From positions 14,524,414 through 14,588,413 of the forward strand of contig CM119263.1 in assembly GCA_051294375.1 (NCBI GenBank): a DNA stretch of 64,000 bases. The letters run 5' to 3'. This document shows positions 11,921 through 63,000 of this stretch, one piece after another. The notes under the pieces were generated by a model that was not told where the DNA came from, made no database searches, and saw nothing but the letters and a program-made list of their open reading frames with translations. The DNA comes from Paraspadella gotoi. Its lineage: Eukaryota; Animalia; Chaetognatha. Each line of letters begins with the position of its first letter. Position 1 is the first letter of the stretch. The position numbers and the translations under genes are program-made.

Positions 11921-12831
11921 ATAGTTATAATGTAAATGATGGAACAAATAATTTACACTTAAAAATCTGTATCAGGTAATATTAGCTTTACACAACTTTT
12001 TTTTTCATAAATGTCGTTAACTCTTAATATCTACACTACAGGAATTCTCTTGGAAAAGAGAAGAAAGATATTATAATTATGATTGATTGATTTTTCTTTT
12101 CAACCAAAGAAAAACGAATGAAAGAACGGCTCAATTGAACCTGATACGTTTGTCGTGGCTATTTAAGAAAGCGCGGAGCAGAGGGCTCGATTCGCTCTCT
12201 TCTCCCTTGAAAGGAATGTTGTTCTCAGCAAGAACTTCTTCCCTCTTCCTCAAGCTGAATCACATGCAAGCTATTTTTGATTGTTGCGCTCTTCTATTTT
12301 CAAGTCTATTTTCACTTTTCATTCGCTTGTTATCTGAATAGTAGCAGTAACCAAAAGTGAATGTAAATCGTGCACAAAAGAAATTGAAGGTAATTATATT
12401 AATTTTTATGTATGGAATTGGTACAACCAGTACAGCCAGTATGTATTATCAATATTGTTTGAAATTGAAAATATTTCCTAGTTCACTACATGTATTTCGA
12501 GTCCACAATATACAGTTTTTTTAGAATTCGCGTGTAATGTAATCGCTTTACATGTTATATTTTTAAAATGTTAAAAGAATCTTAATTCTACCATTATTTT
12601 TTTGTAATGTTGTATTGAAATTTTTAATAACATTGTATCTAATATACAAATATAATATACAAATTTCATAATGAAATAATCATGAACTGAAAATTTCGAC
12701 GCATATTGTTTTTATTCTTTTATGATTTGATTATCAAAAAATTAAATATTTTTTCTATTTTCGGTTTGTTTTAAAATCAAAATCAGAGAAAATTTCAAAG
12801 AATATTCAACCCAAAGCGCGGCTATCCCAAA

Positions 12832-15800
12832 ATGCATTCTATACAAAGGGATCAGAGCCCAGTTCTTGGCATTTGTCCAAAGATCCTCAAGACGACTGCT
12901 TCTCAAGTCGATCATTATGAGTTTCCTTGTTCCGGGTTCGCCTCCCTGATAAAGAACGGCCCACAGTATATTCCAAACGGTTGGTCCTTGGTCGAAGAAA
13001 CGGAAAAATCCTGCTTTTTGGCTCACGTAGTCAAGAACCCATCGTCCTACGTACCCAATTGTGATCGGGTCATTTATCTCAAGTTAGACTTCGAAACCAC
13101 GGATGGTCTCACTCTAGACTGCGAAGAACTGCATGTGAAACCATGCAAGACTGTCATCAGGAAGGTTTACTCCACGACGGTAGAATATCTAGGTGATCTA
13201 CTGGCTTTGTTGACGGAATCTCCGGAAGACGAGTCTGACGAGGATTACGAAGGCTCGAAACTTTGGGAAAATCGGGAGGAACGAACGCGTCCCGGACGGG
13301 TTGAGACGCCTGCAATTAATCATAGTTATACAGCATTAGTTAGCGATCATAATTATCTACAGAATAAAATTGAAAAAACGGTCGACCTGGAAAAAGTCGA
13401 CTACACGGAAAAAGGCAGTAAAGGAAAGACTTCCTTGATGCAGCTTGACACGTTTGCTGCAAACGAACTAGAATCCTCGACGAAAAACCAAAATATTGGC
13501 ATCCTTACTACGGAGCCCGGGAAAGACCTTGAAAGAGAAATGTTACTAGAATCACTGAGGATCAAGTCAGAGCCAAACGACGTCTTCCACACGCCGGTCG
13601 ACGAAGATTTCGGCATTATTTCCTCCAGGTTATTGCGACTGGAATCGCAGGTAGACAAGTCCCTCGACATGCAACCATTTGTCAAGCTGGAGCCGATGGA
13701 GGGAATTAACGATTACATCGCAAACAAAGCATTTCGACTCAAGTTGGTCGAGGAAGAGACTTCCGCCTCGCTCAACGGATCAGACCTTGTCAATTACGCC
13801 TCTGGAAAGAAAACTGGGAACGCCTATGCTCACAAAAAACTGCCCCCGGATATAAATGACAAATTTTTGAGTCTTGAAAGAAATGAGAATGGAAAGTACA
13901 CGTGCTTCTTATGCCCCTTTCAAAATAACTATCATTGCAGGTACTAATTAATGATTATACAAAAATATTAATGCTTCAAGTGAAACGCTTAGAATTCGTA
14001 AAATCTACTTTTTCAGAATAAAGAAACATTTATTTAGCCATATTGAGAAACCGCCTCAACCTAAAGTTTTCTATACAATAAACAAAGCTCTCAACGGTAT
14101 GTCCATTTAATTTATGAGTGCTGCATTAATTGTAAAATTTATTTAATTAGAAAAGGTTCTAAAATTTCTTTGTTTCACAGGTACGAAGGGCCCATTAATT
14201 TGTTCTGTTTGCAATAAAGAATTCTCATCGCCGACGAATTTGAATCGTCACATTGCAACGCACTCCCCTGATAAACCTCATCAGTGTTTAAAATGTGGAA
14301 GAAGATTCGCTCAAAATCAACACGTTAAAAACCATCTAAAAAATGTACACGAAACCTCTAACAAGGTCGTTTATACTTGCACCGAGTGTCCTTTTATGTT
14401 TGGCAAAAAAGCGGGTTTAACGGCACACTTGCGCGACAACCACGGCATCAAGAGAGAAAACAAGTCAGTCTGAACTTGTCTCAAACATAATGTTGAGCTG
14501 AAGATCTTGTGAGCATTACGTATCATTAAAATAAGGAATTTTTATCTAACAAATTTTTTTAGGTGTCAAGAGTGCGGAAAAATTTTTAAACATGCAGGCA
14601 ATTTGTCATCACATATTAAAATTATACATCGAGGAGAAAAACCTTCTTGCAATCTATGTGGAAGAAAATTTTATAATAAGTTTAGTCTTAATAGTCACAT
14701 GGTGACTCATCAAAAAAGTTTTTTTGAAACTTTTCACCATACAGCTCAGAAGAATGAATCAACCGGTCGTTGGATGTGTAATCAATGTGGAAAAGATTTC
14801 AAGTAGGTTATACCTAAATAGAAGATATTAATTGGGGCTACCCAACTTAATTTATTTTTAATAGGCTAAAAGCATCGCTGAAGATTCATACTATGACACA
14901 TTTAAACATTAAACATAAATGTTCAATCTGCGACAAATCTTATACTACCGCATCAAGTCTAAAATGTCACCAAGATGTTCACAGTGGAATTAAGCGATTT
15001 AATTGCAAATATTGCAAAAAAGCCTTTCGTCAAGTAGGGCACTGAACTGTTTACTTTAAACTTTTAAAATCCTTAATCAGTAGTTAGTCATTAAGTAAAA
15101 TTAATTAGTAATTAATCTTTTAATTGTTAGCGATCTTCATGCAAAGCGCACGAGAATATTCATGAAAATAAACTGCCGTATAAATGTCAATATTGTGGAA
15201 AAGGATTCAATCAACTGACGAACAAGAACAGGCATGAATCACTTCATCTAAAGAAGGTGATGGAGCTAGACATTGATCCATTGACTGGAGAGATGTCCTA
15301 TAAAGAAAACTACCAAATTGTTCAAGAATTGGTGAGTATATTGTGTGAAAACGCTCTTTTGTTGGTAAGCGACCCGCTATGGGCTTATTTTTTGTGACAT
15401 CTGCCGGGTAATTCATGAAACGTAGATTGACAAAATACTTCTCTGTTTCTTCTAATGTACATACTCGTTCGCTAAGTAGTTACACCTAATGAGGAATAAA
15501 ATTGTAAATGGAAGTTAAGTCGTTTTTATCTAAATATTAAATAAAAGTGAACAGAGATGTGAAGCTAAACTTTTGTACTTTTTGGCGTCATGGGGGATGC
15601 AAAATTCGACTCCGGAATAGCTTTGTCCCGTTGGCTTGGACGGTTAAGTACTCGTCTCACCCTCACTGAGTTCCGGGTTCAATCCCTTTATGGTCACGCT
15701 GGTCAAGACCTTAGTGAGACGGTGACGCCAGTGACATGTGGTGGTCACTGGTCACTGCTGGACCAGAGCCCACGTTTCCATAGCGCCTCATATTTTGTAC

Positions 15801-17610
15801 TGGCGTGAAAGGCTAGATATACAATATGTAGGTTATTAACTTATATACTAATTTCTCAAATCTATCTTTTTTTACAAAATTAAATAAAATAAACTAATTT
15901 ATTAATGATAGCTTAGAATTTATTCTGTATTTGCATACCAGAAGAAAAAAAAATTTTCTTCTGGTATTCAAATACCGAATAAATTCTCAGCTATCATTTG
16001 AATCTAATCCTGCTAAAATCATGACTCTGAAAAAATCTTTAATTTATTAATCTTTTTTGTAGCCTAAGCAGCCCAGAAAAAAATCGGCAACAGGTCCTCG
16101 AAAAGGGACGGTTCCAAATTGTAAAATTTGTGGAAAAACGTTTAAGTTGTTGAATCAGAGAAGACAACATATGCTTAGTCATGCTGGAGAGAAGCCATTT
16201 AAATGTCCCAAGTAAGTTCTTCCAAAATGTTTTGTTGGAATGGTACTAACTGTTAAGAGACACATTAGAAAATTAGAAAAATAATTAAAACAAATTTTTA
16301 AAATATGAGAAATCGATCTGTGAATGAGCCAAGTACTTTATCATAAATTAAATAATTTAATATAAAAACATAGTAGGTGCAAACTATAAATCGATACTTT
16401 TCAGATGTCAAGCCGGATTCAAACTTCACAGCAACTTAAACCGTCACCTAAAGAATCATCGAGACGATCGTCCTTTCCGATGCCAAACATGCGGAAGATG
16501 TTTCAATCAGGTTCGGGATTACTAGCATCGCATGATAGACTAAATAAATAAATAAATAAATACTAACTAATACAGGGAGGTCCAGCTCTTTTGGAACTAA
16601 CTTCAAATGCTTACAGCACAGAAAGGGTTAACGATAGCAGAAAAAAATGATTATATTTGGAAGCTAGGCTAATTTCTCTTTCAATCGATATCAAAATTGT
16701 ATGAAAATTATCTTTTACTTGTTTACTTTTACTTGTTTCCCAATTTTTAAATCATAATTTGATTATTTACCCACCCAAAATAATTTTTTAATTTAGTCCC
16801 AAAAGAGCTGGGCCTCCATGTATTTTGTATAGTGTACATTTTCCAATCACTTTAAAAAAATTATTACTGTTTTCAGTTATCTAAACTAGAGAAGCACAAA
16901 AGGGTGCACGTTTCAAAACCAAAGGAGTCACGAAAAAATGTCACTACCTGTGAGATGTGTCACAAAGAATTTTCCAGCAACGTCGCCCTTAGAGGTGAGT
17001 CATTTTCGGGTAAAAACATTTTGTTTAACTTGGCATTCGGTTGTTTTATGTTATATCAACATTACTTATTCTTCTTAAAGTTTGTGCCCTTTCCTCACTA
17101 TATTTTCTATTCTGATCAACACAATTACAATTCACAGGCCACATGAGTAAACATACCAGAGGAAAACCGTTTGCATGTCCGGTTTGCCAAAAAAGATTCG
17201 TCAACCTTCAAGTAGGAAATTATTGTTTTACAAAAGATAAGTTTAGAAAGTAACTTGAATTTGCCTTTCCTTTTTTTCTTGGAAATCGTCAGACCTTACG
17301 CAACCATCTGCTCACCTGTCGGAGCTACTCTTCGAAGTCATCTTGCAAAGCTCCTTCCCCAGACGATGCAATCGATTTCAACAATGAAATAAAACTTGAC
17401 GGGAACTCCACTCAAATCGTTGTCAACGAAGCTTTTGAAACCAAAGAAAGAGCGGAATCTAACAATTCAATACCACACGAAATTAGTAGCATAACAGAAT
17501 CCGACATCGACGACAATAGTTTCGGCGCCGAGGTTGAATTGAGATTAAAAATCATATCAACGACGTCCTTGAGAGGATCTCCGGAGTCCGAGGTCAAATC
17601 GGGCGAATGA
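12832..17610 (+). CDS. Multi-C2H2 zinc-finger protein (~948 aa, ~15 fingers)
   Basis: Phase-consistent GT-AG exons: 12832-13940, 14017-14096, 14181-14463, 14563-14802, 14865-15033, 15131-15331, 16063-16211, 16405-16510, 16877-16994, 17138-17211, 17293-17610 (2847 nt). Repeated CxxC..F.....L..H...H motifs with H-x-GEKP-like linkers ([26 protein letters not shown]); the last finger ends H-x3-C. A 5' UTR exon donor lies at ~12389 with its acceptor at 12787. Confidence 0.9.
15625..15815 (+). mobile_element. tRNA-derived SINE-like insertion in a zinc-finger gene intron
   Basis: A-box-like TGGCTTGGACGG and B-box GGTTCAATCCC at tRNA spacing, with a GC-rich body inside an AT-rich intron. Confidence 0.55.
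15904..15998. repeat. Near-perfect palindrome (~45-bp arms)
   Basis: aatgatagcttagaatttattctgtatttgcataccagaagaaaa versus the reverse complement of the right arm; 3 mismatches, short A loop. Confidence 0.9.
16573..16820. mobile_element. Tc1/mariner-type MITE
   Basis: ~28-bp TIRs CAGGGAGGTCCAGCTCTTTTGGAACTAA / TTAGTCCCAAAAGAGCTGGGCCTCCATG with TA on both sides. A related end lies at 40366-40420. Confidence 0.85.
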
Positions 17611-18256
17611 AGGATTTGTTCAATAATTCAATATCCAGTGCCTCCCCGCCTTTGTTCGGATACATAATTTTTATCATTAACAGTTAAGAATCACTATCAG
17701 ATAAGCGTATCTATTGTCAGGGCCAAAACTTCTTTCGTTAATACTTACATTGTAGTTCACTCACAAATAAGCTCGGATTCTTTGTCTAATTTTTTCAACT
17801 TGTTAATTAAATTCGTGTGAAAAAAAAACAAATGGAGAGTTTTTGAATTTAAAATGTAGACATAATTTTATCAACAGGGATCATAAAACGTTAACAACAC
17901 AGCAGTAAAATGACTAACAAGGACTTTGTAAACATTTTTGCACAAACATGGGTATAAAACATTAATGAATAGGCATAAATGAACTGAACGAGCATTAATG
18001 ATCTTAGGGGAAAAAAATAATCTTTCATGAAAAAAAAACCAATTATGGCTTGGATGCTACGGACGTTTCCGATATAAAAATTGCAATGTCATTCACGACA
18101 GCGTAAGTTATATACTATAAAAAATGTACTTAGGATAGCGACGGAAACAACTAAACTAACGACACTCTTTCTCAACAGGTCGTTACAATTAGACGTTGCT
18201 ACAACATATGTGAATAATAAGACTTTGGGCTCAGAAAAAAAGGATTGTCCCAATGA

Positions 18257-19058
18257 TTAGACGAAAGTTTCGCGAAAAGAAAGCTTAGAACCTTTTTCGT
18301 CTTCGAGTTTAACGATTTTAGTGGATCCAGTGAGAGAGATCTGAATTCGGGCGAAGCAGTCATCCAATACTGTGATGCTGAGAAAAAAACGAAAAAGTAG
18401 TGTTTTTATCTCGTTAATAATCGTTTAATATTGCATTTTGTGACGTAGTCGTCGTCGTTGTAACGCTTTTTTTTATAATTGGAAATTGTCAAAGTATATA
18501 TTTGTAGGAAGAATGACTCTCATCGCATCAATCAATGATTATCATCACATCAGTGAATGACTATCATCACATCAATAAATAGTTAACATTGCATCAATGA
18601 ATGGCTTTCATCGTCACAGTGAATGACTATCATCGTGTTAATGAATGATTATAATCAAATTAAAGAATCACTATCATCGCATTAATGAATGATTATCATC
18701 GCATCAATGAATGACTCATCGCGTCAATGAATGACATGGTAATTTGGTATCCTCGCATCAATAATCAATTACTATTACATCAATAATTCGTTATCGCATC
18801 AATCATTCGGTTTTTTTCGGATTTTTTTATGAATTTTCTTTGGCGTGATCACTATCTTTTAAGATTTTTTATGTTATGGAACATTGTAAGAACTTTTTTA
18901 CTAAATGTTGCTAGTAAAAGATAACTTTCAGACGCCCCTTCTTCCTTTTTGACTTGTTAAAATACGGCACAACATAACTTCTGCTAGTAGATAACTCAAA
19001 ATACTATACCTCTGACTCATTTCTGTTTTTGCCGGACGGATCGCACTTTGAGTCCTTG
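18257..19058 (-). CDS. INPP5A: Putative alternative 3' exons of the INPP5A-like gene, ending ...LSFRETFV*
   Basis: Exon 19058-19010 (ttccag|CA..., phase 1 in, phase 2 out) and exon 18377-18257 (ttctcag|C ATC ACA GTA...GAA ACT TTC GTC TAA) join in frame. They are compatible with the phase-1 donor at 21254. Confidence 0.55.
18515..18805. repeat. Degenerate ~22-bp tandem repeat (ATCATCGCATCAATGAATGACT)
   Basis: About 12 visible units; similar units occur at ~50995-51080 inside the HINE-like element. Confidence 0.8.
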
Positions 19059-19448
19059 CTGGAAGGAGAGCATGAAAAAAAAAAGAAAGAAAAAAGCTTA
19101 TATTTAAACTTTAAAAAATTTTAAAAAAATAAAGAAATTTTATTTTTTTAATGACCAATAGTTTGAAAAAAACATGCAATCTAAAAACACTTAGTCTGAA
19201 GACAAAACATTGATTGAACAAATACTAGTTAATTAACAAAACGTGTATGGAAAACGCGCCAAAACTAGAATTTTTCAGACCCTTACGCTTCCGCGCAGGA
19301 TTATTATGGAGTACGAGTCACACTGCAGGATGACCCAAATTGGTTTCTAAATATCTACCTACTTCTGGTTTTAAACGTTACTCACCCATTCAAACAACTA
19401 GGTAATAATGAAACCAAACGGATGAAGCGCAAGCGCAACGAACGGACA

Positions 19449-56335
<36,887 letters not shown>

Positions 56336-58361
56336 GGCAGCGCCACTTCCGACTCACGGGTGGGGCTGAAAAAACGTGAAAAACCCTGATCGTTTTTAAG
56401 ACAAAATTTTGATACATAGAACTTATTGTTATTGACAGAAGTGGCGAACTTTTCCCTAGACTCTCACCACTCATTTTTGGTAGAATATTTTTACTAATTT
56501 TATTTATCTTTAATAAAGACTTTATTTCCCCTTTTTTTTCCTTTTTTTTTCTGAAGCCAAAACACAGCTTTTCTTTACGTGCCTCGTCTAATCGAGAAAT
56601 AGAACAAGGAAGCACAGAGGTCGCTGAGATCAGGTTGAGGCTCCGAAGCAATTTGGAGAAACCATACCAAAGTAAAAAAAAAAAAAAAACTCAAGGCGAA
56701 GGCAGGCGGTGGAGGAAAATTGTTACGACGAATGATTGTTTGTAGCGTAAAAAAAAATAAGAAACAGTAGTTTTAGATTCATCTTTTAAAATAATCCAAA
56801 ATTAAATTCACATTATCAATGGTAAATATTTTAATCATTTAATCATTTTCTGTCAAGGTTTAAATGTTTTATCCTCAAACATTGGATACTTTATAAGAAA
56901 ACTGTTGCTGAAAAAGATCGCGATCGTTCTATGAGAACTTCTAAGCTAATTTCAGAGGCAGAGATCGGTGGGGCCGAATATATTGGTAAATGCAAATGTG
57001 TGATTGACTTCAATTATATATGCAATACTCAATACTTAATGATGCCAAATACAGACAGATAATAAAAAAATGATAATATTTACGTAATAAAATCGGTAAA
57101 ATTTAATGAATTTCTTAAGGTTATTTTAATGATTTTTAGCTAGATAGAAAAACTAATAATTTAATGACATATATTTAGACATTATTCTGACAAAATTAAC
57201 TTACCTTTAAAATAATGAGTATTTTTTGGGCACTATACGTTCTCCAGACTTTCATTGTACTAGTATGAGAGCTGATGGAAACAAAAATCTGTAAGTTTGG
57301 TCATTATCTTATAAATACAGAAAAAACTGAACTTATGCCGATTTCGATTTCGGGAATTTAGGGATTTAGTTAAAAGCAATACATGACATTAAATGTGTAT
57401 AACTTTAAAAAAATATTAGGCTACATCAAGTAGTTTTATGTTTCTCTCACAAAATTAATGAAGGCATCTAATTAAATGTATGTTATCGAATTTACTCTTC
57501 ACTCATCGCAAATCTGCTATTACCTTTTCGGACGAAGAATTTACAATAATATCATTTAAACATACGAATTCGAAAGCCACGGGACAACGAAAATGTCGAG
57601 AAGACAGTTAGCCAGGAACGAAGTGCCCAAGTTGACACGAACTCCGATAATCTCATATTTATTCATTCTCATTGATCCCGTGTTTACATTCAGTCAGGTG
57701 ACGCAGTCACTGATCTTTTGTTTCCTGGGTGAGTCTAGCTTTCATTTCGCCGTGATAAGAGGGAGAGACTATGAAAAAAGAAAATGAACAGACGGAAATT
57801 GAACTCGAATAATCACATTTGAGCAATATATTATTATTTAAAGGTAGCAAGCTTTTGCGATCGACTGGGAAAAATTAGAGAATTTGGGCTAGGCGATAAA
57901 GTGGAACTAAACAATTTTAGTCAGAAACTATACTAATTATTGAAACCAAGCAATTTCTGTACTTAAAAATTTCAACAGCTATTTTATTATGGGTACTGTT
58001 TAGCTCATGAGTGAATTTGGCGATAAATAATTATATGCGCTGAAAACTGGATTTGTCTCCTTCCATGATGAGAGACCTCCGCTAACTCGAGGGGAGACAG
58101 GTAAGTTAGGTAAGGAAGAGGACGAGGATGCATCCAAAAGACCACAGGTACGCGAGGAAGAGTCAAGGGAAAGAAATGGTAAGTTGAATAACCGGTTTTT
58201 GAGAGGCTGGGCTTGTTTTGACTCACCTGCAACAAAATGGAGGATGTACTTTTGAATTAAAACGAGAGTAACTAATTTATTTCAACTGAAAGCCCCTTTA
58301 ATCCGATTGTACGTATAACATAAATATAAAAGTTAAATATTGTAAATAAACCGATATCATT

Positions 58362-60001
58362 ATGCGTCTATGGAGAATTTTCTCTATTGTTGCGCTCGTC
58401 GGCTCGATAAAGATGTGCGGAGGTGAGTAATTTAGTAATTAAAAAAAAAAAAATTCATAATCCATATTCACCTAATTAAGCCAAGAAAAGTGATTTAAAT
58501 CGTATTTTTCACTGAATAGCCGCGACCAAAACGAAAGAAACGATACGATGGTGCACCTTAGGCCAGCGAGAATACGAGTAAGTTGAAATTTGTTTAAGCA
58601 TATGATTAAAGACATATGATTATGAAGACAGGTGATAACCATGAAAAATACTTTTCAGCAAATGCGAAGATATGATCGAAGCGACGGAGACGATGGCTTA
58701 CATCGATTACGAAATCACGCTTAAATGCGTCCGAGGTACAGGAAAAAAAAACATCTGTCCGAGACTTAAGTAAGGTTATTCTAAGATTATTCTAAAATTT
58801 TTGGCAACAGGCAACACGAAATTCGATTGTTGGGAAAAGATTCATAAACGGGAAGTGGAACTGATGACTTTGGAAGCTGGCGATCTTTACTACGCTGGTA
58901 GATTTTACAGCATCATTCCCATAATGCAGGAGCAATATCCGAAAGGTAATCCCTCTTTGCCCTTATGAGGCTTATCGCTTTTCGATACTGACGCATTGGT
59001 TCGAAAAATAGACGAACTCCGAATCATAAAATAGTTCGACCAGGGATCAACTTTTAAAATCATTTCGTTTAACTACCAGCGCTGCTGACGGCAACTACCC
59101 TCACACCTTATTATTCCGTGGCTGTTGTCCGTAAAGATTCCGGCATCGAGACCCTAAAAGACTTGAAGGGAAGGAGATCGTGCCACGCAGGAGCCGGAAG
59201 TGCTGCCGGGTAAGTTAAAAACAGGGCGACGTTTGCCACAAAAATCAAAGGGATGATGTTCTTATAGATATATATATAGATAATCATTTACGTATAAGAG
59301 CCGAGTTGGTTCGGGTTTTTGCAAATGCAAACTATACTATATAGTCTATAACTCTATATACTATAATATAATACTATACTATAATACTATAATACTATAA
59401 TTGGTTGTACCAATTTCATAGAGTATAAACGAATAAAACGCTAATAAAAAGAGAAAATATAATTACGATCATAATTATTCATTGTTTAAAATGGTGATTC
59501 ACAACTCATACCAAGCAATGCTTGTCAGATTTAATGTTTAACTTTTCTTGAAGGTGGATCTTGCCTATGTCCGAGCTCCTTGACAACGGAACAGTACCTG
59601 TGGCTGACTGCAACAACCCCGTCAAGTCGTCGGCACTCTTCTTCAGAACGAGCTGCATCCCCGACGGTCTCAACGAGCTTTTCTCCCCAGCAGGGGACAA
59701 CCCTCTTAGCGCGATCGGGAACTGCAAGCCAAGAGAGGGAATGGAAATATCCGGGGTAAATGGAGAGAAGAATCGAAAAAAGAAAGAACGAAATAACAGA
59801 GAATCGAAAAGAAGGGAAGAGAAAATAAAAGAAGAAGACAAAAAGAAAATAGAAAAGAAAAGGAAAAAAGAAAAAAAAAGAAAAGAGAAGAAAAAAGAAA
59901 AAAGAAAAGAAAAGAGAATAAAATAAAAAAGAAAAGAAAAGAAAAGAAAAGAAAAGAGAAAATAAAAAAAATAAGAGAAAAGAAAAAAAATAAGAGAGAA
60001 G

Positions 60002-60032
<31 letters not shown>

Positions 60033-63000
60033 AAAGGGAAAAGAAAATAAAAGAGAAAAGATCAGAGAAAAAGGAGAAAAAAAGAGAAGAGAAGAGAAGA
60101 GAAGAGAAGAGAAGAGAAGAGAAGAGAAGAGAAGAGAAGAGAAGAGAAAATAAAGATAAAGAAAAAAAGAAACGAAAAAGATAGTATTATTAGTATTAGT
60201 AAGTAACGAAAAAAACATGGCGACAGAAAGAAAAGAAAAAAAAATAAAATTAAAAAGAGACCAAAAAAAAAAAAAAAATATTGTAGAGATGTCTGCAATT
60301 TTTTGGACACAAATTCACTATGGCAACAGCCGGGTGGCCTGTGATGCCCATTGCGATGGGGCATCACACTGATGGCTTTAAGGGCTTCCGACCCTCAGTG
60401 GCGCCTCCTGCCACTGGCGCGGTTATCCAAGGTCTCGCCTTGCCAACGCAGTGAAGTCGTTAGAACTGGAACGTAACGCTTGGGATGGTGCGTTCCCCCT
60501 CTGAGCCAATGGGATTGGCTGAACGATGGTGGATGTGAGTCGGTGTGAATATACCGCCACAAAGCATATTTTCTTGAATCGGCCTTTAGAAATTTAATAA
60601 GATTAATCGGAAAAAAGGATTATCAAATCTTAAGAGCAAAAGTAGCATTTAAGAATGATTGTAAAAAAATGTATTGTTACTAAAGTAAACTGAAAATATG
60701 TAATATTCAACTACTTCAAAAGAAGTTACGTAGCTTTCATAAATTAGTTATTCTTAAATTTATATTTACTCATATCTATCTACATTTCTACAATTTTAGG
60801 ATGATGGAACAACAACAAACGAATACGCTGGCGACGCCGGGGCATTGCACAAATGCCTCATTAAAGACAGAGCGGGAGATGTGGCTTTTGTCTCGGACAG
60901 AGCGCTTGACTCAATATTGGATCCTGAGGTGAACATATTAACATAAAAATTCACTAGTAAATAGTATTTAATCGTCTCCTATTTTCTTCTATAGAATTAC
61001 AAGCTGCTATGCCCTAAGGGAGACACTGCTTCGTTAGCCGGCGCCAGAAATTGCAATTTTGGCTCCGTAAAGCCCAAAGCCGTCGTAACAAGCTCGGCCT
61101 ACTTGGGCGAAGAAGGACGCGCCAAAAGAAAATTTTTCCAGATTTTCCTCAAAAGCCTTCAAGGAAGGTACGAATTGATTGGGATTCACATGAAGTTTTA
61201 TTCCATAATTTTTTACTAATTGAAAACCTGAAAATAAATGAACCCTCACCCCTAAACCTGCCCATTGCAGATACGGAAACGATAAAACGACGATCGCTAG
61301 TTTCAACGCTTCAAATCCTGGCGCCTTAAAGCCGCCGACCAACTTTAAGATGTTCGAATCGCGGTCCTACGACGTCGGGTTCGATCTGCTCTTCAGTGAC
61401 GGGACATTTCGTCTCATCGATGTTCCCGAAGATCTCTCCACCTACAGAGTCTATTTAGGTAATTCAATATTCTCCCATTGCCAGTTCTCTATCAAAGAAT
61501 ATGGATTTTTGAAAAAAATTATTTGATCATTCCGTTCAAAACGCGCAGGAGACGACTTTGTGAAGAAGGTCCGCCAGTTAAAAAAATGTCCCGTGCGACG
61601 AGTTCGAGTTTGCTTGAATTCTGAACCTGAAATGTACAAGTGCAACGAGATGAAAAGGACATTCGACGGAAAGAACATAAAGGTCGATTGACTGATTGAT
61701 TAATCATTCTTATAATAGAATATTGATATTCGTTCATTAAATCTCTGTAATCTTATTCTCTACGTTTTTTAGCCTGGGCTGCTCTGTCTAAAAGCGTTCG
61801 ACCCAGCCGAGTGCATGCACCGGATTCGCGACAACACAGCGGACGTGACGATGCTGGACGCAGCCGACGTCTACATGGCTGGGAGATACTACGGCCTCGT
61901 TCCAATCGCAGCTGGTAACAAATTCCGCTTTCTTTGAAATAGATCGAGTTTCGGTATCATTTAGCGACCTCGAATAAGCGCGTAAAAGAGAAGAATATGA
62001 TGTTGACAATTTAGAGAAAATTATTATTAACAAAATTATGATAAAAAACAAAATCAAAATTTTTGTTTTGTTTTTGTCAAAAACCACCTGATCATTAATA
62101 TCATTATTATTATACAAATGATTCCAGAGGAATACGTAACGGACGATACGTTCTACGCGGTTGCGGTAGCGAAAAAGAAAGATGCCGACACAACAATGTT
62201 GAATTTAAGAGCGAAACGGGTAAGTTTAATTTTGAAATAAATCATTTGAGAAGTATAAAAGTTATAAAGTTTCAAAACTATGCACTATCAGAACGAGCTC
62301 ATTTTTAAATCGGTATTTGGTTAAGGCTTGCATGGGAGGAATAGGAACGGAAGCGGGATGGACGCTACCCGTTCAGACAATCCTGTCAACATATCAAGCC
62401 TACAGGGGAATGTTCTTCCGGGAAAAATGCGACGTCATTAAACTCATTGGTAATGACCCTTTATTTCAACAATTCTAGCACCATGAAAGAAGTTTCTTGA
62501 CATAAAATAATTCTTGTTAATTGTATAATTTTCTCCAGGGGAATTCTTCTCGACATCATGCGTACCAGGCGCCTTGTCCCCAGCTTACAATGGGAAGTTG
62601 CAAAACCCCCGAATGATGTGCGAGTTGTGCGGCGGCGATTCGGGCGGCGACTTTTGTGCTAAAAACATGGACGAACCTTACTTTGGAACAACTGGCGCAT
62701 TCAAATGCCTCGTAGAGCGAGGAGAGGTTGCCTTCACGTCTCACAGAGCAGTCTTAGGTACGGACTCAATCACTCGTGTACAAAATTGCAAAAATTATCT
62801 CCTGATATCAGCTGGCTCTTTACTCGCTTTTCGCTATAACTATTCTAACAAGTAAAACAACCGTTAATTTTTGAGCACCAAACTGATAAAACACCTTTTA
62901 CAATTTCCAGACAACGTGGAGATGCGAAACAAGGAAAATTGGGCGCGCGCGTTGCGAGCAGACGAGTTTGAACTTTTGTGCCTCGACGGGACGAGGATGC

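Noticed and set aside
19286-19387. Further minus-strand donor/acceptor-like sites below the 19449 stop
   Set aside because: I could not place them in a phase-consistent coding model; they may be UTR splicing or chance matches.
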